Both the position numbers and the translations under genes were made by a program. This document shows, piece by piece, positions 24,020 through 36,653 of a stretch of DNA of 64,000 bases. The stretch spans positions 71,612,001-71,676,000 of the forward strand of contig NW_024704743.1 in the NCBI RefSeq assembly GCF_018977255.1. Direction: 5' to 3'. Numbering within the stretch: position 1 is the first letter of the stretch; every line of letters begins with the position of its first letter. This DNA is from Callorhinchus milii. Lineage: Eukaryota. The notes under the pieces are model-generated. The model saw only the letters and a list, made by a program, of their open reading frames with translations. It was not told the origin of the DNA and made no database searches.

Positions 24020-25589
24020 GTACGTGAGCAATGTCTGATATTGCCTTGTTTCTTTGGAAAAGGAGATCAGCCTCTGTTCCTTAGCTATCTCTCATAGCTC
24101 ACCTACAATCATGATGTCACCTTGTGGGGAATTTATAAGCAATAACCTGTGCCCTATTACTAGACTGCACAGCAAGTTTCAGTTTTCAATTGAGAAATAA
24201 TATTTCCATCTCACTTTTAAACTGTACACTAGCCCTGAGTGAGTGTTTGATTTTGTGTTTGCTGGACATTGCAGGAATTCCAATTACAATATTGACCTTT
24301 TGAATCAGTGTAAATACATGTTGAACATGGCAACCAGGACTTTGGAGACTGAAGAGCTGGACTGCTCTTTGTATTGTTAGCCCAGCGGTGTTTATAGTCT
24401 AGCAATCCAGGCAGTTGGCACCTGAGGGCAAAATTTTGAAGTATTGTGACAATTTATATCTAAAAATAAGACTTTCAGAAGCTGGCATAGGCACGATGAG
24501 CCAAATGACCTCCTCCTGTGCTGTATATTTCTATGGTTCTATGTATATGCTAAATTGATTACCAGAATGGTATTTATTTCATTGATTCTTAACAACAAAA
24601 TAATAAGTAAAATGTAAAAAAGAACTAAATGACATGTAACTCCTTATCTGCATCTCCAGAGTATGTTCCTCCCGTTTGGGCACATTTTGTCAATTTAACC
24701 TTGTTGACCATTTACTATGATTCCATTTGCCTTCTAATACACAGTTACAATGTTTTGCAGTAAATTCTATGAAGGGCTTTAAGCCATTTCAACATGAAAA
24801 AGCGCAATATCAATTGCAAGAATTGTTATTTCTTAGTGCTACAGAATGCTTTTGCTGATCAGATACTGAAAATTTTCTAACTTAAGGTAACACAAGGCTA
24901 TTTCAAGGAAACTTGTGGTTTATTTCATGTTTATTAATTGGCCTGATTTAATTCTTGATAACCCCCTTCCCCCCTACTCGTGCTAAAAATTAACCTGATT
25001 TATATTGGGCTTGCAGAAGATGTTGAGAAATTATAATTCAGCTTGTAAATAATACTTCTGCTGAATTATTAATCATCATTGCTAGATTTTGCTTTATATC
25101 CCCCTGAATTTATCATATCCTGACACTTCAACATTATTGTAATTAATTATTTGACTTATAGGAGGAATAATCTAGAGTTTAAAAGAATTTGTGGAATAGC
25201 AGTGAGAATTCTGCTTTGTGTATTCGTTCCTTACAACTCAAGAATGAAAGAATGTTTTTGTTTACTGAAGATAATGCACTTAATAAAATGTTGGTGAAAC
25301 ATGCATCAAAGAAGAAAAAATTCTAGTTGCATCATTAATTTTTTTAAGTCTTTTTATTGCTCGAGGTACATTACAACAACAAGATTACATTTGTATAGCG
25401 CCTTTCACGTCAGAAGGACATCCCAAGAAGGTTTATTTCAGAACAAAAAATGGTAACTAAGATACTAGTGATATCAGAAGTTGGATGTTACCTAATATGC
25501 ATTATTTTCACCAGCTGGAAAGTAGGAAACACTGGATAGGACAGTTAACCTTCTAACAATCTCATTACATTAAAACACTTAATCAATGG

Positions 25590-25745
25590 GAAGGTTAAAC
25601 TCTAGCACCTGCAACACACAATCAGGGGTCCCCAAGCCTTGCCCCTTGCCAGCCTCCACCTAATACTCTCTGGAATTAGGTAAGCATGGTGCATCCCTCC
25701 AGGGAGAGAGTGCACACTCCATTCCTTTCCAAAAAGCATTTTAGG
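25590..25745 (+). repeat. Unclassified ~600-bp repeat family, partial copy
   Basis: ggggtccccaagcctt...cctaatactctctggaattaggtaagc...gcatccctccagggagagagtgcac, shared with 33200, 43450, 48780 and 51480. Confidence 0.75.
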
Positions 25746-25899
25746 GCTGAAATCACAAATAATTCTAACGTGTACAACCACTGGTTCTTTTCAAGAACTG
25801 CAAAAAAAATCTTCTAAATTAAGTCTGAATTAAAGAACCTTCTGCAATACTGAGTAATCTCAAATGTTCTTATAGTCTAAGACTAGATGAAATTTCAAG

Positions 25900-26153
25900 C
25901 CTGCGAAGGCAAGAGATTGGTGCGAAACTCAGTGTATGAGATACATGTCTGGCAATATATCAAATGGCTTATGAGGGGATGTAAAAGGATATTGGATAAA
26001 AGCTTGAGAGAAAATAATATTAAAGTGTACAGAAAAAGAGCAATGGATGAAATTAGAGCAGATAGCTGAAGTGAGGGAGCTAGCCAGCACGAGCACAAAT
26101 AAAGTGGGATGAATGGCATCCTTCTGTGCTCTAACCATTCCATATGATTCTAT
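25900..26153 (+). mobile_element. Old CR1 3'-end remnant
   Basis: Ends gaatggcatccttctgtgctctaaccattccatatgattctatga. Confidence 0.6.
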
Positions 26154-26159
26154 GAGCAA

Positions 26160-26400
26160 AAGAAAATTAGAATTAACCAATATTATAATCATGAACTCAC
26201 ATGGGTCTATAAAGGATGAAAAACCACCTACTCTGAACTTGGGGCGAGAGCTAGGAAATTACTATCATGCTCCTTCCATGAGGCGATGGCCAATAGAATA
26301 ATTATAGGAATTAAGGAGGAGGATAGGGTCACGACAGTGGACCCCGCTGTGTTAAACCATATATTTAAAAAGCACTACAAACAGCTCGATTCCTTCGACA
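26160..26400 (+). mobile_element. L1-clade LINE ORF2 fragment (region between endonuclease and RT)
   Basis: Manual translation TYSELGARARKLLS...NRIIIGIKEEDRVTTVDPAVLNHIFKKHYKQL fits the fish L1 pattern Y.E.G.K..KLLA...TDP..IN..F..YY..LY. Confidence 0.6.
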
Positions 26401-26879
26401 AATATCCCACTGAGGAATCGTGGTACGCCTTTTTTTCCCCCCAGTAATGCTGCTCAAAGCAACAGAGGGCTGGCCAGATAACCATTTTACACTGTGAAGT
26501 TTTGAAAGAAATACTCTCTCCCTCCCATTGAGATCTAGGCTGCTGGGTGCCTTTTAAAACCAAATTGTGCCATCATTAACCAGCTGATGCACGATATAAC
26601 CTTACCATCCGATTGCTTTGTATTGTCACCTGGTGTACATATTTCTAGCTATACTAATACATCTGTTTAATTCCCAAGGGAATGAATACCCATTGGAATG
26701 TGACAGCTAGAGGCATAGCTCTCTCATTAACCACACAATGCCATCCTCCAGGGTCCAAGTAGGAGAATATGTATGGCTAATATTTTTGGATGTGTGGGTT
26801 TCTTGATGCACATGTAGTAAAGGGCCCAAGTGGCAGTTAACTAACTCCCTTGACACAGTCAAATGCTTGTTGAGGTGGA

Positions 26880-27200
26880 GCGTTTGATACCCACTGCAAG
26901 CTGTCAGTGGTTTGGGGGCTCAGAATAGATTCTTCGAACCAGTCTTTTGTCGCAGGAGGTACAAAGAGCAAAAAGGCAGGTGAGGAAAGAAGAGTCTCAG
27001 GGTTGAGTGGAATTGCTGCTGGAGTACTTGACAATGCTGGTGGAGTAATAAGGTGTTTGTTAGATTGCTTCTCAATAACTGGATGGAAGACTGTGGAAAA
27101 GTACACGTGTTCTCGGAAAAGAGTGGCAAATTGATTTAAAAGTTTTTGGCATTGGAGGAACAAACCCTGACACAGATTAGTGGTTGGAATAGTCTCCTAC
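26880..27200 (-). mobile_element. Possible Penelope-like element remnant
   Basis: Frame-hopping translation ETIP / QPLICVRVCSSNAKNF / LLNQFATLFREHVY / LLHQHCQVLQ..STLRLFFPHLP resembles the Penelope post-RT pattern SIPYSQ.LRIRRICS....F...F..RGY...KHWHILQ...L..IFP..P. Confidence 0.35.
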
Positions 27201-27619
27201 CCTGTCAAACATTTCTATTGTTCTATGGTTCATCCAGGATGTTTCTTGTCACCCATTATATTAAATAATATGACCAATCTTTGGTTATGGACCATCTCAT
27301 GGGTGAGGCAATGGGACATTAGTAAAGGGGGAGAAGCAAAAGGTGGTAAACATGCACACTTGAATCTGTATCTCTTTCACAGTGATCATGTTAAAGTGTG
27401 CCTTTCGGAGGCCATTTCACCATAATATAAAGTGTAAGAATATATTCTGTATAATTCAGTGGTGAGGCTATAGTCAGGATATCAGTAATTATTTTTTGCC
27501 TTAGTGGTAAAGTTATTGACCTCTGATGGTGAGTTTGTACTATTTTCAGCTTGTTGATAAATTTACCAATCTTTGACTGTGCTCATATTAAGAATTTAAA
27601 TTGACCCTATTATAGTACA

Positions 27620-27900
27620 GGGGAAGAAGTACATTTTCAGGTTATTTTGATGAAAAGGTAGGGGATTAGGGAGGAGATTTCCGGAGGATAAGGGCATTGT
27701 GGCTGAAGACGCAGGCAGTGATGGTGGGGAGAAGCGGGTGAGGAACAAGCAGGTTTGAATCTGCTGAGTGAGGTTGGAAAAGATCGCAGAGTAAGGAAGT
27801 GTGTGGGGATTTTTATGTGAGAACATGAAGGTCAGCAATGAGGATCTTGAAGTCGATTTGCTAGGGCAGAGTGAGCCAGTAAAGCCTGGGGTGGAAGGGG
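27620..27900 (-). mobile_element. Old L2 3' fragment
   Basis: Reverse strand gives LYWLTLP*QIDFKILIA and a degenerate L2 C-terminus. Confidence 0.55.
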
Positions 27901-28336
27901 TGAAGCTTTGCTGAAGTGATACAATCAATGAAGTCCATGGTAGGATCATTTTTCAGGGATCTGTGGCAGGAGCAGGTTTGATGAGCCAAATGGCCTTTTC
28001 TTTTGCCATGGTTTTGTTTGGTCTTAAATAATCCTGGACTAGCTTCAGTTACTTCCACCAGCATAACTCTATATTAAAGAGCATTGGCACTGCTTTCCCT
28101 GCTGGTGTGAACACTTCTAAGCTTCTGTTTCCAATCACCGTTTCATGCATAACAATTCGCCTGCAAACACACAGTCACAATAAATCTTGTGAAGGGCTAG
28201 ATCAAATGCAAGGATTATTATTATAGTATTACTGCACCAAAGGCTGAAGGTTATTTTAAGTTTCATTCTTTTACTAACATCACCAAATCTTAGCCATTCT
28301 TACTTGCTAATGAAATCTTTTCTGACCTTCTTCCAG

Positions 28337-28424
28337 GTTCTAAAGGTTTGGGAATTGGTAATGATCCAGCTGTTCGAGAACTCACATCTAGCATGTGGAC
28401 ATGGTCATGGTCAGATGTTGCATG
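28337..28424 (+). other. Candidate exon (donor uncertain: after 28357 or 28424)
   Basis: Strong acceptor cttttctgaccttcttccag|; possible donors TTG|gtaatg or ATG|gttagt; the latter lies at the edge of a CR1 fragment. Confidence 0.2.
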
Positions 28425-29325
28425 GTTAGTATTGGGACAACTGCTGTTTTTGATCTATATAAATTACCTGGACGTGGGTATAGGGAGTACAATTTCCAAG
28501 TTTGCAGATGATACTAAGCTAGGAAAAGTAGTAAACAGTGAGGAGGATAATAGCAGACTGTAAGGGGACATAGACAGACTGGTAAAATGGGCCGACATGG
28601 GGCAGACGAAGTTTAATGTGGAGAAACGTGAAGTGATGCATTTTGGGAGGAAGAATGAGGAGAGGCAATAGAAGCTGATGGTACAATCTTAAAAGGGGTG
28701 AAGGAACAGAGAGACCTGGAGGTTCATATAGGTAAATCTTTGAAGGTGGGAGGAGAGGTAGGTAAAGCTGTTAAAAAACATACAAGATACTAGGCTTTAT
28801 AATTAGGGGCATAGAATACAAAAATCAGGAAGTTATGATGAGCCTTTATAAAACACTGGTTAGGTCTCAGATAGAGTACTGTGTTCAGTTCTGGGCATCA
28901 CACGTTATGTCAAGGTATTGGAGAGGGTGCAAAGGAGATTTACCAGAACGGTACCAGGAATGAGAAACTTCAGTTATCGGGAGAGGCTAGAGAAGCTAGG
29001 ATTATTCTCCTTGGAGCAGAGAAGGTTAAGAGGAGACTCAATAGAAGTTTTCAAAATTATGAGGGGATTCGATAGGGTGAACAAGGAGAAACTACCCGAG
29101 GACACTGATTTAAAATAGTTGTTAAAGGAAACAGAGGAAAGGTGAAGAGAAATTGTTTCACACATTGAATTGTTTGGATCTGGAATGCATTGCCTGAAAG
29201 AGTGGTGGAAACCGATTCGTTAACAACCTTTAAGCGAGAAGTAGATAATTTTTGGGGAAGGACAAGTTTATAGGGCAATGGGGAGAGAGCAGGGGAGTTG
29301 GATTGATTTGGAATAGCTCTGTTCA
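28420..29325 (+). mobile_element. Degenerate CR1 LINE, RT to 3' end
   Basis: [43 protein letters not shown]...LGLFSLEQRRLRGD; IWNALPE. Confidence 0.9.
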
Positions 29326-29799
29326 CAGAGTGATCATGTTAAACTTTGCCTTTCTTAATGATTTCTGTATCTTAGCTGTAACATTTCACATCAGCACATC
29401 TGGATGGGTGACCACTTGGTTTCCTACAATGGATTAAGAGGCTAATTCCTATTTCTTAACCCTTGGACTACCGCTAGTCGACGTCTGTGTGCAGATTCTT
29501 TCATACATTTTTAGCTTATGCATTGTGAGACTGAAAAGAACACTGATATTGCAATAATAAAGATACTCAGCCAGCGGGAATAGATTCATTGTTATAATAT
29601 TAACCCTACCTCACTCAAATAAATACAAAAACATTCCTTTGAATAAAATTTGATCAGTTTAAAAATTTGATGTATTCACTTTGTTACCTCTATTTTATCT
29701 CCTTCTTTCCCTCTCTCTCACCATTTACATTTCAACTTTATTTTACTGTCTTCTACCTGTTTCACCTCTTATATTTAACTACATATCTAGGCCGAAACC

Positions 29800-30100
29800 C
29801 CAATACACTGCTGGGAGTGAGCTGCATTTTGGAAGTGCCAACCTTCAGGTGAGATGTTAAACCCAAGTCATGTCTGCTTGTTCAAGTAGGTATTAAAGAT
29901 TTTGTGGAATAATTCATGAAGGAATTTCTCCAAGTGTCCTGGTCAACAATAACCAAAATAAAATTGTTTACTCACTTCATGGAAGTTTGGGGGATAGTGC
30001 CGTGCACATTAACTACAATTTACAGCATAACCTGTGAAGCACTTTGATATGACCCCTTGATGTGAAAGGCACTATATCAAATGCAAGAAATATTATTTAT
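29800..30100 (+). mobile_element. Deu-domain SINE, headless
   Basis: ttcaggtgagatgttaaaccc...tgtcctggtcaaca...gtgaaaggcactatatcaaatgcaag. Confidence 0.65.
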
Positions 30101-32832
30101 TATAAATACATCATAAATTTGTCAGTTGCATTCTCATGTTATGCTAAAAAACATGAAAATGACAAATTCTTGAATTTTGAGCTTTTCAAGGCAATGTACA
30201 AACATAAATTTTGAATTCTTAACATTACTGCATTGTGTACCTTTTGTTACTGCACAATGCAGCTATTTCTTCTAACTCCAGTTGTGTCACACTGCAGCAG
30301 ATTATACTTAAAATCTATATATGTTTTAATTTCAACACATTTCTCTAACTGTGGCACTCAGAAACTAATGTGTCTGCAGAACATCTGCTAGTTCAGAAAA
30401 ATTACACCTGGGGTTTTTACTTTCTGCTTGTCAAGCATTATTTCTACTTCTTTTGTGCATAATTAAAAACTTAATCTGAAGATTTACTGAGATTATTACT
30501 GCCTTCTCCGAATAGCTATGTTATTTGTACTGTAATTTTAAAACTAAGATTCAATTTAGTCCAGAAAGTGTGGATGCAGCCCAAAGTGAGCGACACTGTA
30601 ACAGTGACCATTGCATCAATATGATTCATAGCTGAGAACTGTTGTCTTGGTACGCAATGATGCAGGTTAATAGACCCTATTGCTCTTTATCTGACTGAAT
30701 TTCATATTTATGAAATACATGCATCAGAAACCCTATCAGCTGTGTTTTGAAGAACTGTATTATGCACATGTGCAACAGTGTCTGTGAATAGGTTTGATTC
30801 TGCGATTGTGAACCATCTCAAACGTTTGTCTGAGCCTCATGTTTCACTGCAGCAACTGATGAATTGGCACAGCACTATATAATCTCATTATGCTATACAT
30901 GCATTCTTTGCTTGTACAAGGCGATATGGTAAGTGGTCTGGGTCTCATCAGCATTAGGCAGTTGATCAAATCATCCTCATGAATAGGGTGGCATCTTCTG
31001 CCAAGTATTCAGCAGTGATGTTTGCAGCCAAACACTCAAAATCAGTGACATTCTAGCAAACTACATACCTTTTTTTTGTTTTTATGTGGAAAGAAGCACA
31101 TTTGCACATTTATAGTAAACACTCTGGGATGCTATCCTGCGTGAAGGGCGCTATACAAATGCAAGTTGTTGTTGTAAACCACATTTCAATGCCCAAAACT
31201 GTTTCCAGCATTTTGTTTAGAATATAAATAATGTATAGTGTTATTCTAAAGGACAACCATCATTAGCTTAGTTGGAACAACTTTCAATTTGTTTAATCAT
31301 CAAAGAACATGGTGAAGCGAATGGAATAGAGATATAGAATAGAAATGTAAATTGTATTTTTTGTAAGTAATGCATTAATGATTTTCTATTACGCCAATGT
31401 CATTGCATCATCTGTAAACCATGCGATTAGGTTTGACAATGTTAATGATTATACACTTGCCTGACTTATGCAAAATGAGGACTATCCCTGTTTAAAATCA
31501 CAATAATCAGATCCAACAACAATGTATCACTAAATATAAAGGTGTTTCCAAAATTTTAAAATTCATCTTCTCTCAACATCATGGAAAATTGCACATCAGT
31601 TGCATGTAAAAGTATAACTGCTTGTACACAAATGCTTGATAAGATTTTCAGAAATGCAGCTGTATACAATTTTTCTTCAATGCAAATGTTTTCCAGGAAG
31701 ATTAAGGAATTTTCAGATAAATTGCAGAAGATTTGTGAATGTGGGGGTTTGTTACATTCTGAGCATTTATTCTCTTGGGGTTGTTTGTGCCAAAGCGGGC
31801 AGAGAGGTCACCTGCTCCTAGACATCTGTCAATATTGCTCTATAATTGGCTGCTACAATGTGTATGAGAATGGCTCAGGGTGACAGGCTGATTTTTCTCT
31901 CCTTTCCTGGGATAATGTACCACATATCCGAAATGTATAGAAGTTATAATAATAACATTGGTCATGTGTTTGTGGGACAATCACTGTGCACAAATTGGTT
32001 GATGTGTTCACATACAAACATAGTCACTACTTCACAGCATAATCCTATGAAGTGCTTTGAGGCATCTCAATGACATGATAAGGCACTATATCAAATGCTA
32101 GTAGTATAATAGTCTTCGGGAGAACCTCTCAAAGATCCTCACAGAACTTATTGTGAAGCATAGTGACTGTTATTTGTAGGCAAAGTACCTTTAAGAATTA
32201 GGTGGAATTTTTAATTAAAGCAAATTTAAAGTACTGTTATGGCAGTGAGAGAAGTAAACAGTGAAGAGAAGTTTCTTCTCAAGAGCATGGTGGTATAATG
32301 ACTAACAGATTATCAGAGAGGAAGAAGAGAGCATAGCTTGGGAGAACATAGGATGAGGAAGGAAGCACACCACTCATATCAGCTGTGACCCACACGGCAA
32401 CAAGACTTAATCTTAAATCAACATTAAATCTTATGCAGAGAAATGCATGGAGGTAAGCAGCTGCTGCTCAAGCTCCACACTTCCAGTTGGTGGAACCATC
32501 ACCCAATGGCTTGGGATGTGTATCTGAAGTGTGGACAGGAAAATAATAAAAGTAATAATAATAATAATTGTTTGATACATTTGATATAGCGCCTTATCAC
32601 GTGTCCGAGACGTCTCAAAGTGCTTCACAGAATATACTGTAAAGTGAATTGACTGTATATTTTGTGGGCGAAACCATCACCTTATGAAGACGATGGCAAT
32701 GCTCTCATGCATTTCATTCTGAGATGTGCTGCCCACGAGGAAGCTCTCAGTGAATTCCTGGACCTGCCATCTTTCTAGTGAGGCTCAAATCCAAACTTGT
32801 CAGATGTCAAATGACCAACTTGTGTCTATCCT

Positions 32833-33295
32833 CCTTGGGGGAGGTAAGTGGGATCTCTTTTTAGCTGAACTGGCTCCAAGGTGACATGCTTGGCAGCGGA
32901 ATATCAGAATCGAGTTGGACCTCTGTGGTGATCTCAGTAGTCCAGTTCTTTAGCCAAGTTAGTCCACAGTATTCCGGGGCCCTGTAGATGACAGCCAGCC
33001 TGGCTCATCAGCAGAATTTGGAGGAGCAGAACAGTCGCAGGAGGTGGGGATTCTTTCCTCTCAACTCCTATTAACCTTGCAAGCCAAAGCCCCTATGGAC
33101 AGCGCGGTATTCAGGAAGCAGGAAGCTCACTAGAGAGTGTATTCAATACAAACCTATGCGGTTTTAGCTAGTTAAACTCTAACAGTACTCCAACACACAC
33201 TTTGGGATTACCAAACCTTGCCAGTCTGTACCTAATAATCTGCGGAATTAAGTAAGCAGGATGCATTCCTCTAGAAAGAGAGTGCACATTCATCT
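32833..33295 (+). repeat. Unclassified ~600-bp repeat family copy
   Basis: Starts ggggaggtaagtgggatctc...gctgaac..gctccaaggtgacatg; colinear with 48355 and 51088. Confidence 0.8.
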
Positions 33296-33849
33296 ACAAA
33301 CCTGATTGTGCTCCACATGCACGCTAGCTGCAGGAAGTAATATCAGCGGTGATCTGGTAACCGGAACATCAACTATTTTTTCTGCACCTTGCCATTATGT
33401 CGGTGAGACATTGGACCCAGCTGTCCTCACCATAGTAAGGTTTGTCTGTATTATCACAGGTGATTTGATCACGAATAATTATCACATTGACCCAAAATAG
33501 TCAAAAGCAGTCTACAGTTATTGCTGGGCTGCCAGAGAGAGCGGTTTCATGGCTAGCCATAAGTTGTTTGCACCCAACCATTTTAACAAACTAAGAATAA
33601 TCAAGATCAAACAAGAATATGTTATCCATCTACATTTCACCCATAAATATACATTCAATTCACTTTACAGTATATTCTGTGAAGTGCTTTCAGACATCTC
33701 GAAGATGTGAAAAACGCTATATCAAATGCAAGGATTATTATTATTAACTAAAAGGAATAGAAAGTAGCTCATTTGAAACAACAAAAAATGGCACATGGAA
33801 TGAAAATTGTTCTTAAAAAGAAAATGATATATTTTTAGCAATGAATGGG

Positions 33850-34285
33850 AGAATGGAAGAACATCATGCATGGTCAATTTTCAAGAGAAATGAAAGAACA
33901 AGGACTAGATAGAAGCCAAAGTTACAACTGATTGACTAACATAGATCTGAGAGTTGAAACAAGCTCTCATAATATCAGCACAAGACAAAGCTATTACTAC
34001 CTGTTATTATGAAAATAAGATCTTAAAGAGAAACATTGACCTACAATGCCAATTATGCCACCAAGTACCAGAAACAGTAGATCACATATTGTTATCATGT
34101 CCAGCCCTAGTACAATTGGAGTATCTGATCCGACATAATCATGTAGTTAAATATATTCACTGAATAATTGGTAAACACTTTGACATTGAGGTAAATACCA
34201 ACAGGTACGGACATCATCCAGCAAAAGTGACATCAAAAATAACATTGCAATAATCTAGGATTCACAAGTACATACAGATATTAAG
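33850..34285 (+). mobile_element. R4/Dong-like non-LTR retrotransposon fragment (zinc knuckle and start of restriction-like endonuclease region)
   Basis: MHGQFSRE...SYN*LT..LRVET / ALIISAQDKAITT...CQLCHQVPETVDHILLSC..L...EYLIRHNHVVKYIH; a CCHC motif followed by RHN is typical of restriction-like-endonuclease (REL) clade elements. Confidence 0.75.
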
Positions 34286-34920
34286 AAAAGTAACATCCAC
34301 TACATATGTAATGAGGCAGTGTTATTGGTCTGGCTGACCTATTATCACAGAAAACCATATAGAAACTACCTTTACAAAGTGATTTAAACTGTAATAACTT
34401 AATAATAATAATCCTTCCATTTGGTAAAGCACCATTTACATTGGAAGAACATTCAAAAGCGCTTCACAGGATTTACTGTAGAGTGGAATGACTGTGTATT
34501 TATGGGCAAATGTGGCAGCCAGGAAGGTTTTGTGGAGGTGTGTGTGGGGGGAGAGGGGTAACACCCACAACTAAACATCAACGGGTAGAATCTTCTGTGA
34601 TGTGCTAATTATTGCAATTTACATCCCACTGTAATAATTATCTTTCAAAAAAGAGTAGTTAGGTTTAATGCTGCACTCTTTTGTGAGCGATTGAGCTGCG
34701 GGGGCCAGTCATACAGATTAAACAAAGATTTTCACATGTGACAAAGGATGAATGTTGACTGCAAAAAAAATATTTTGAAGAGCTGACAGGTTATTGGTAA
34801 AGAGTCACCAAAAAAGGTAAAAAAATGCTTGTGTCTAAATGGCTATTCATAGTTAGATGAGAGGACCAAAAGTAATGCTTGCGTTTTTGGGGACATGAAT
34901 TAAATTAATAATTTTACCTC

Positions 34921-35009
34921 AATGTACCATTCATTCTGTCAATCTCTCAATTTTTAGCTGACAATCAGTCAGCTAAAAATTGAGAGATTGACAGAATGAA
35001 TGGTACATT
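34921..35009. repeat. Perfect hairpin, 42-bp arms and 5-nt loop
   Basis: 34921-34962 is the exact reverse complement of 34968-35009; loop aatca. Confidence 0.97.
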
Positions 35010-36374
35010 AATCTATAATGATAAAAGAAAGGTGAGGGTGTACAGCCAAAACTGTACTTTCACGTGGGAGAGAATGAAATTAAACTGTGACTTGGCAGAC
35101 TGAGCAAAGTCCTTTTGTAATATTATAAGTGGGATTGCACTGGAAAGTGTCAGTATTTTCTGGTGTCAAGGAGTGGGAACACAAACGAGTGAGTGAGTTC
35201 ACACTCTGAAACATGTCTCTGATTTACAGACATCTCATCCCCAATTCCCATATTCTTTCTACCAATTATTTTTCTACCAATATTCTATTCTGGTATTTAT
35301 TTTTTCCCAAAATTGCTAGCCATTTAAACAAAGGTAACATCTTCCATTTAGATTTGCACCATTTCAAGGATAAATGTCATCACTTTATTTGAATCAATTC
35401 CATTGACAATAAAGCTTCATAGGTTGAGTCAACGGGATATCAGAAAATATCTTTAATATTGATAAAATGCATAACTGATGCATTGATACATCAATATAAT
35501 TTTTCATAATGTCCATCTTTAGTAGAAAGTGTCATCAAGCTGAGTATTAGGATACAATTATGGAAGGGATAATCCTTCAGACAGGAATGGATTAGAAGAG
35601 CTCCCACATTAATATGTTTGGTTAGAATCAGTTTGAAAAGCTATCAACCGTGTTCACTTTTGCAGACAAGTTTTATTGGTAGTCATTGAGTGCAACAATT
35701 TGGTGATACGTTTTACCTAGGCCATAAAAAGGTCTAATTCCACATCGCACAAGATTGCCATCCCAATGTCCAGGTATGTCCAGAGATTGTTCAGGTTTCT
35801 TGAACAATAATTGTTTGCAGAGAATCAAGAAAATTATCCTGGAAATCCACAGAAAGTTGGATTCTTAACAACAGTCTATATTGGATTGACCTCTGGCCAA
35901 TTTAGTGAGGAGTCACATTACTGACAGCCTTGGAAACCATTAGCCCCTTTGAGTAATGACTCTCCTGTGAACCTGCTGCACAAAGATGTGTCTTTCAGCG
36001 TCTCATATCTGTTATAATGATATCTACTGATATAATGATGTTGAGTTATACAAGACAGATGAGAAGCAACTTCACAAGTGTTTTGCCAGTCTTTTTTCAT
36101 AATTGCTTCAGACAGTAAATCAGGGTGTGTGCCTCAAGGCCTGTGACTCATGCATTTTGGAAAAATCATTTTGCTTCATGAATTAATTCAATAGTCCAAT
36201 TGAAAATGGTAAATTGTAAAGCCACTGTGACAAAATGACTCATAAATGTATTCCTGCAATGACCAGATCTCCATGAACTGTAACCAACTAGAACAGAAGG
36301 TTGGCATATAGTTCAAGCCTTCCCCCCTGCCGTTAGGATAATGTGATATCCTAACTCAACTCCACTGGCTTCCC

Positions 36375-36653
36375 ATAGCTTCGCTCCCCACTAGGCGGGC
36401 CTTCAGCCACTCTGCCCCCACTCTCTGGAACTCCATCCCACAGACCCTCTACCTCGTCCCCTCGCTTGCCTCCATCAAGACCCGTCTCAAGACCATCCTC
36501 TTCGACCATGCCTTCGGTCACCCTCCTTCCCCCCTGCCATCCACCCTCCCCGATCCCAACCCCCAGCTCAGGTCCGAAATACTGATTGTCCAGCGCCTTG
36601 GGACGTCCTCTCCGACATGAAAGAGGCTATACAAATGTAATTTTGTTGTTGTT
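36375..36653 (+). mobile_element. L2 LINE 3' end
   Basis: GGRAFSHSAPTLWNSIP...LKTILFDHAF; tail atacaaatgtaattttgttgttgtt. Confidence 0.85.
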
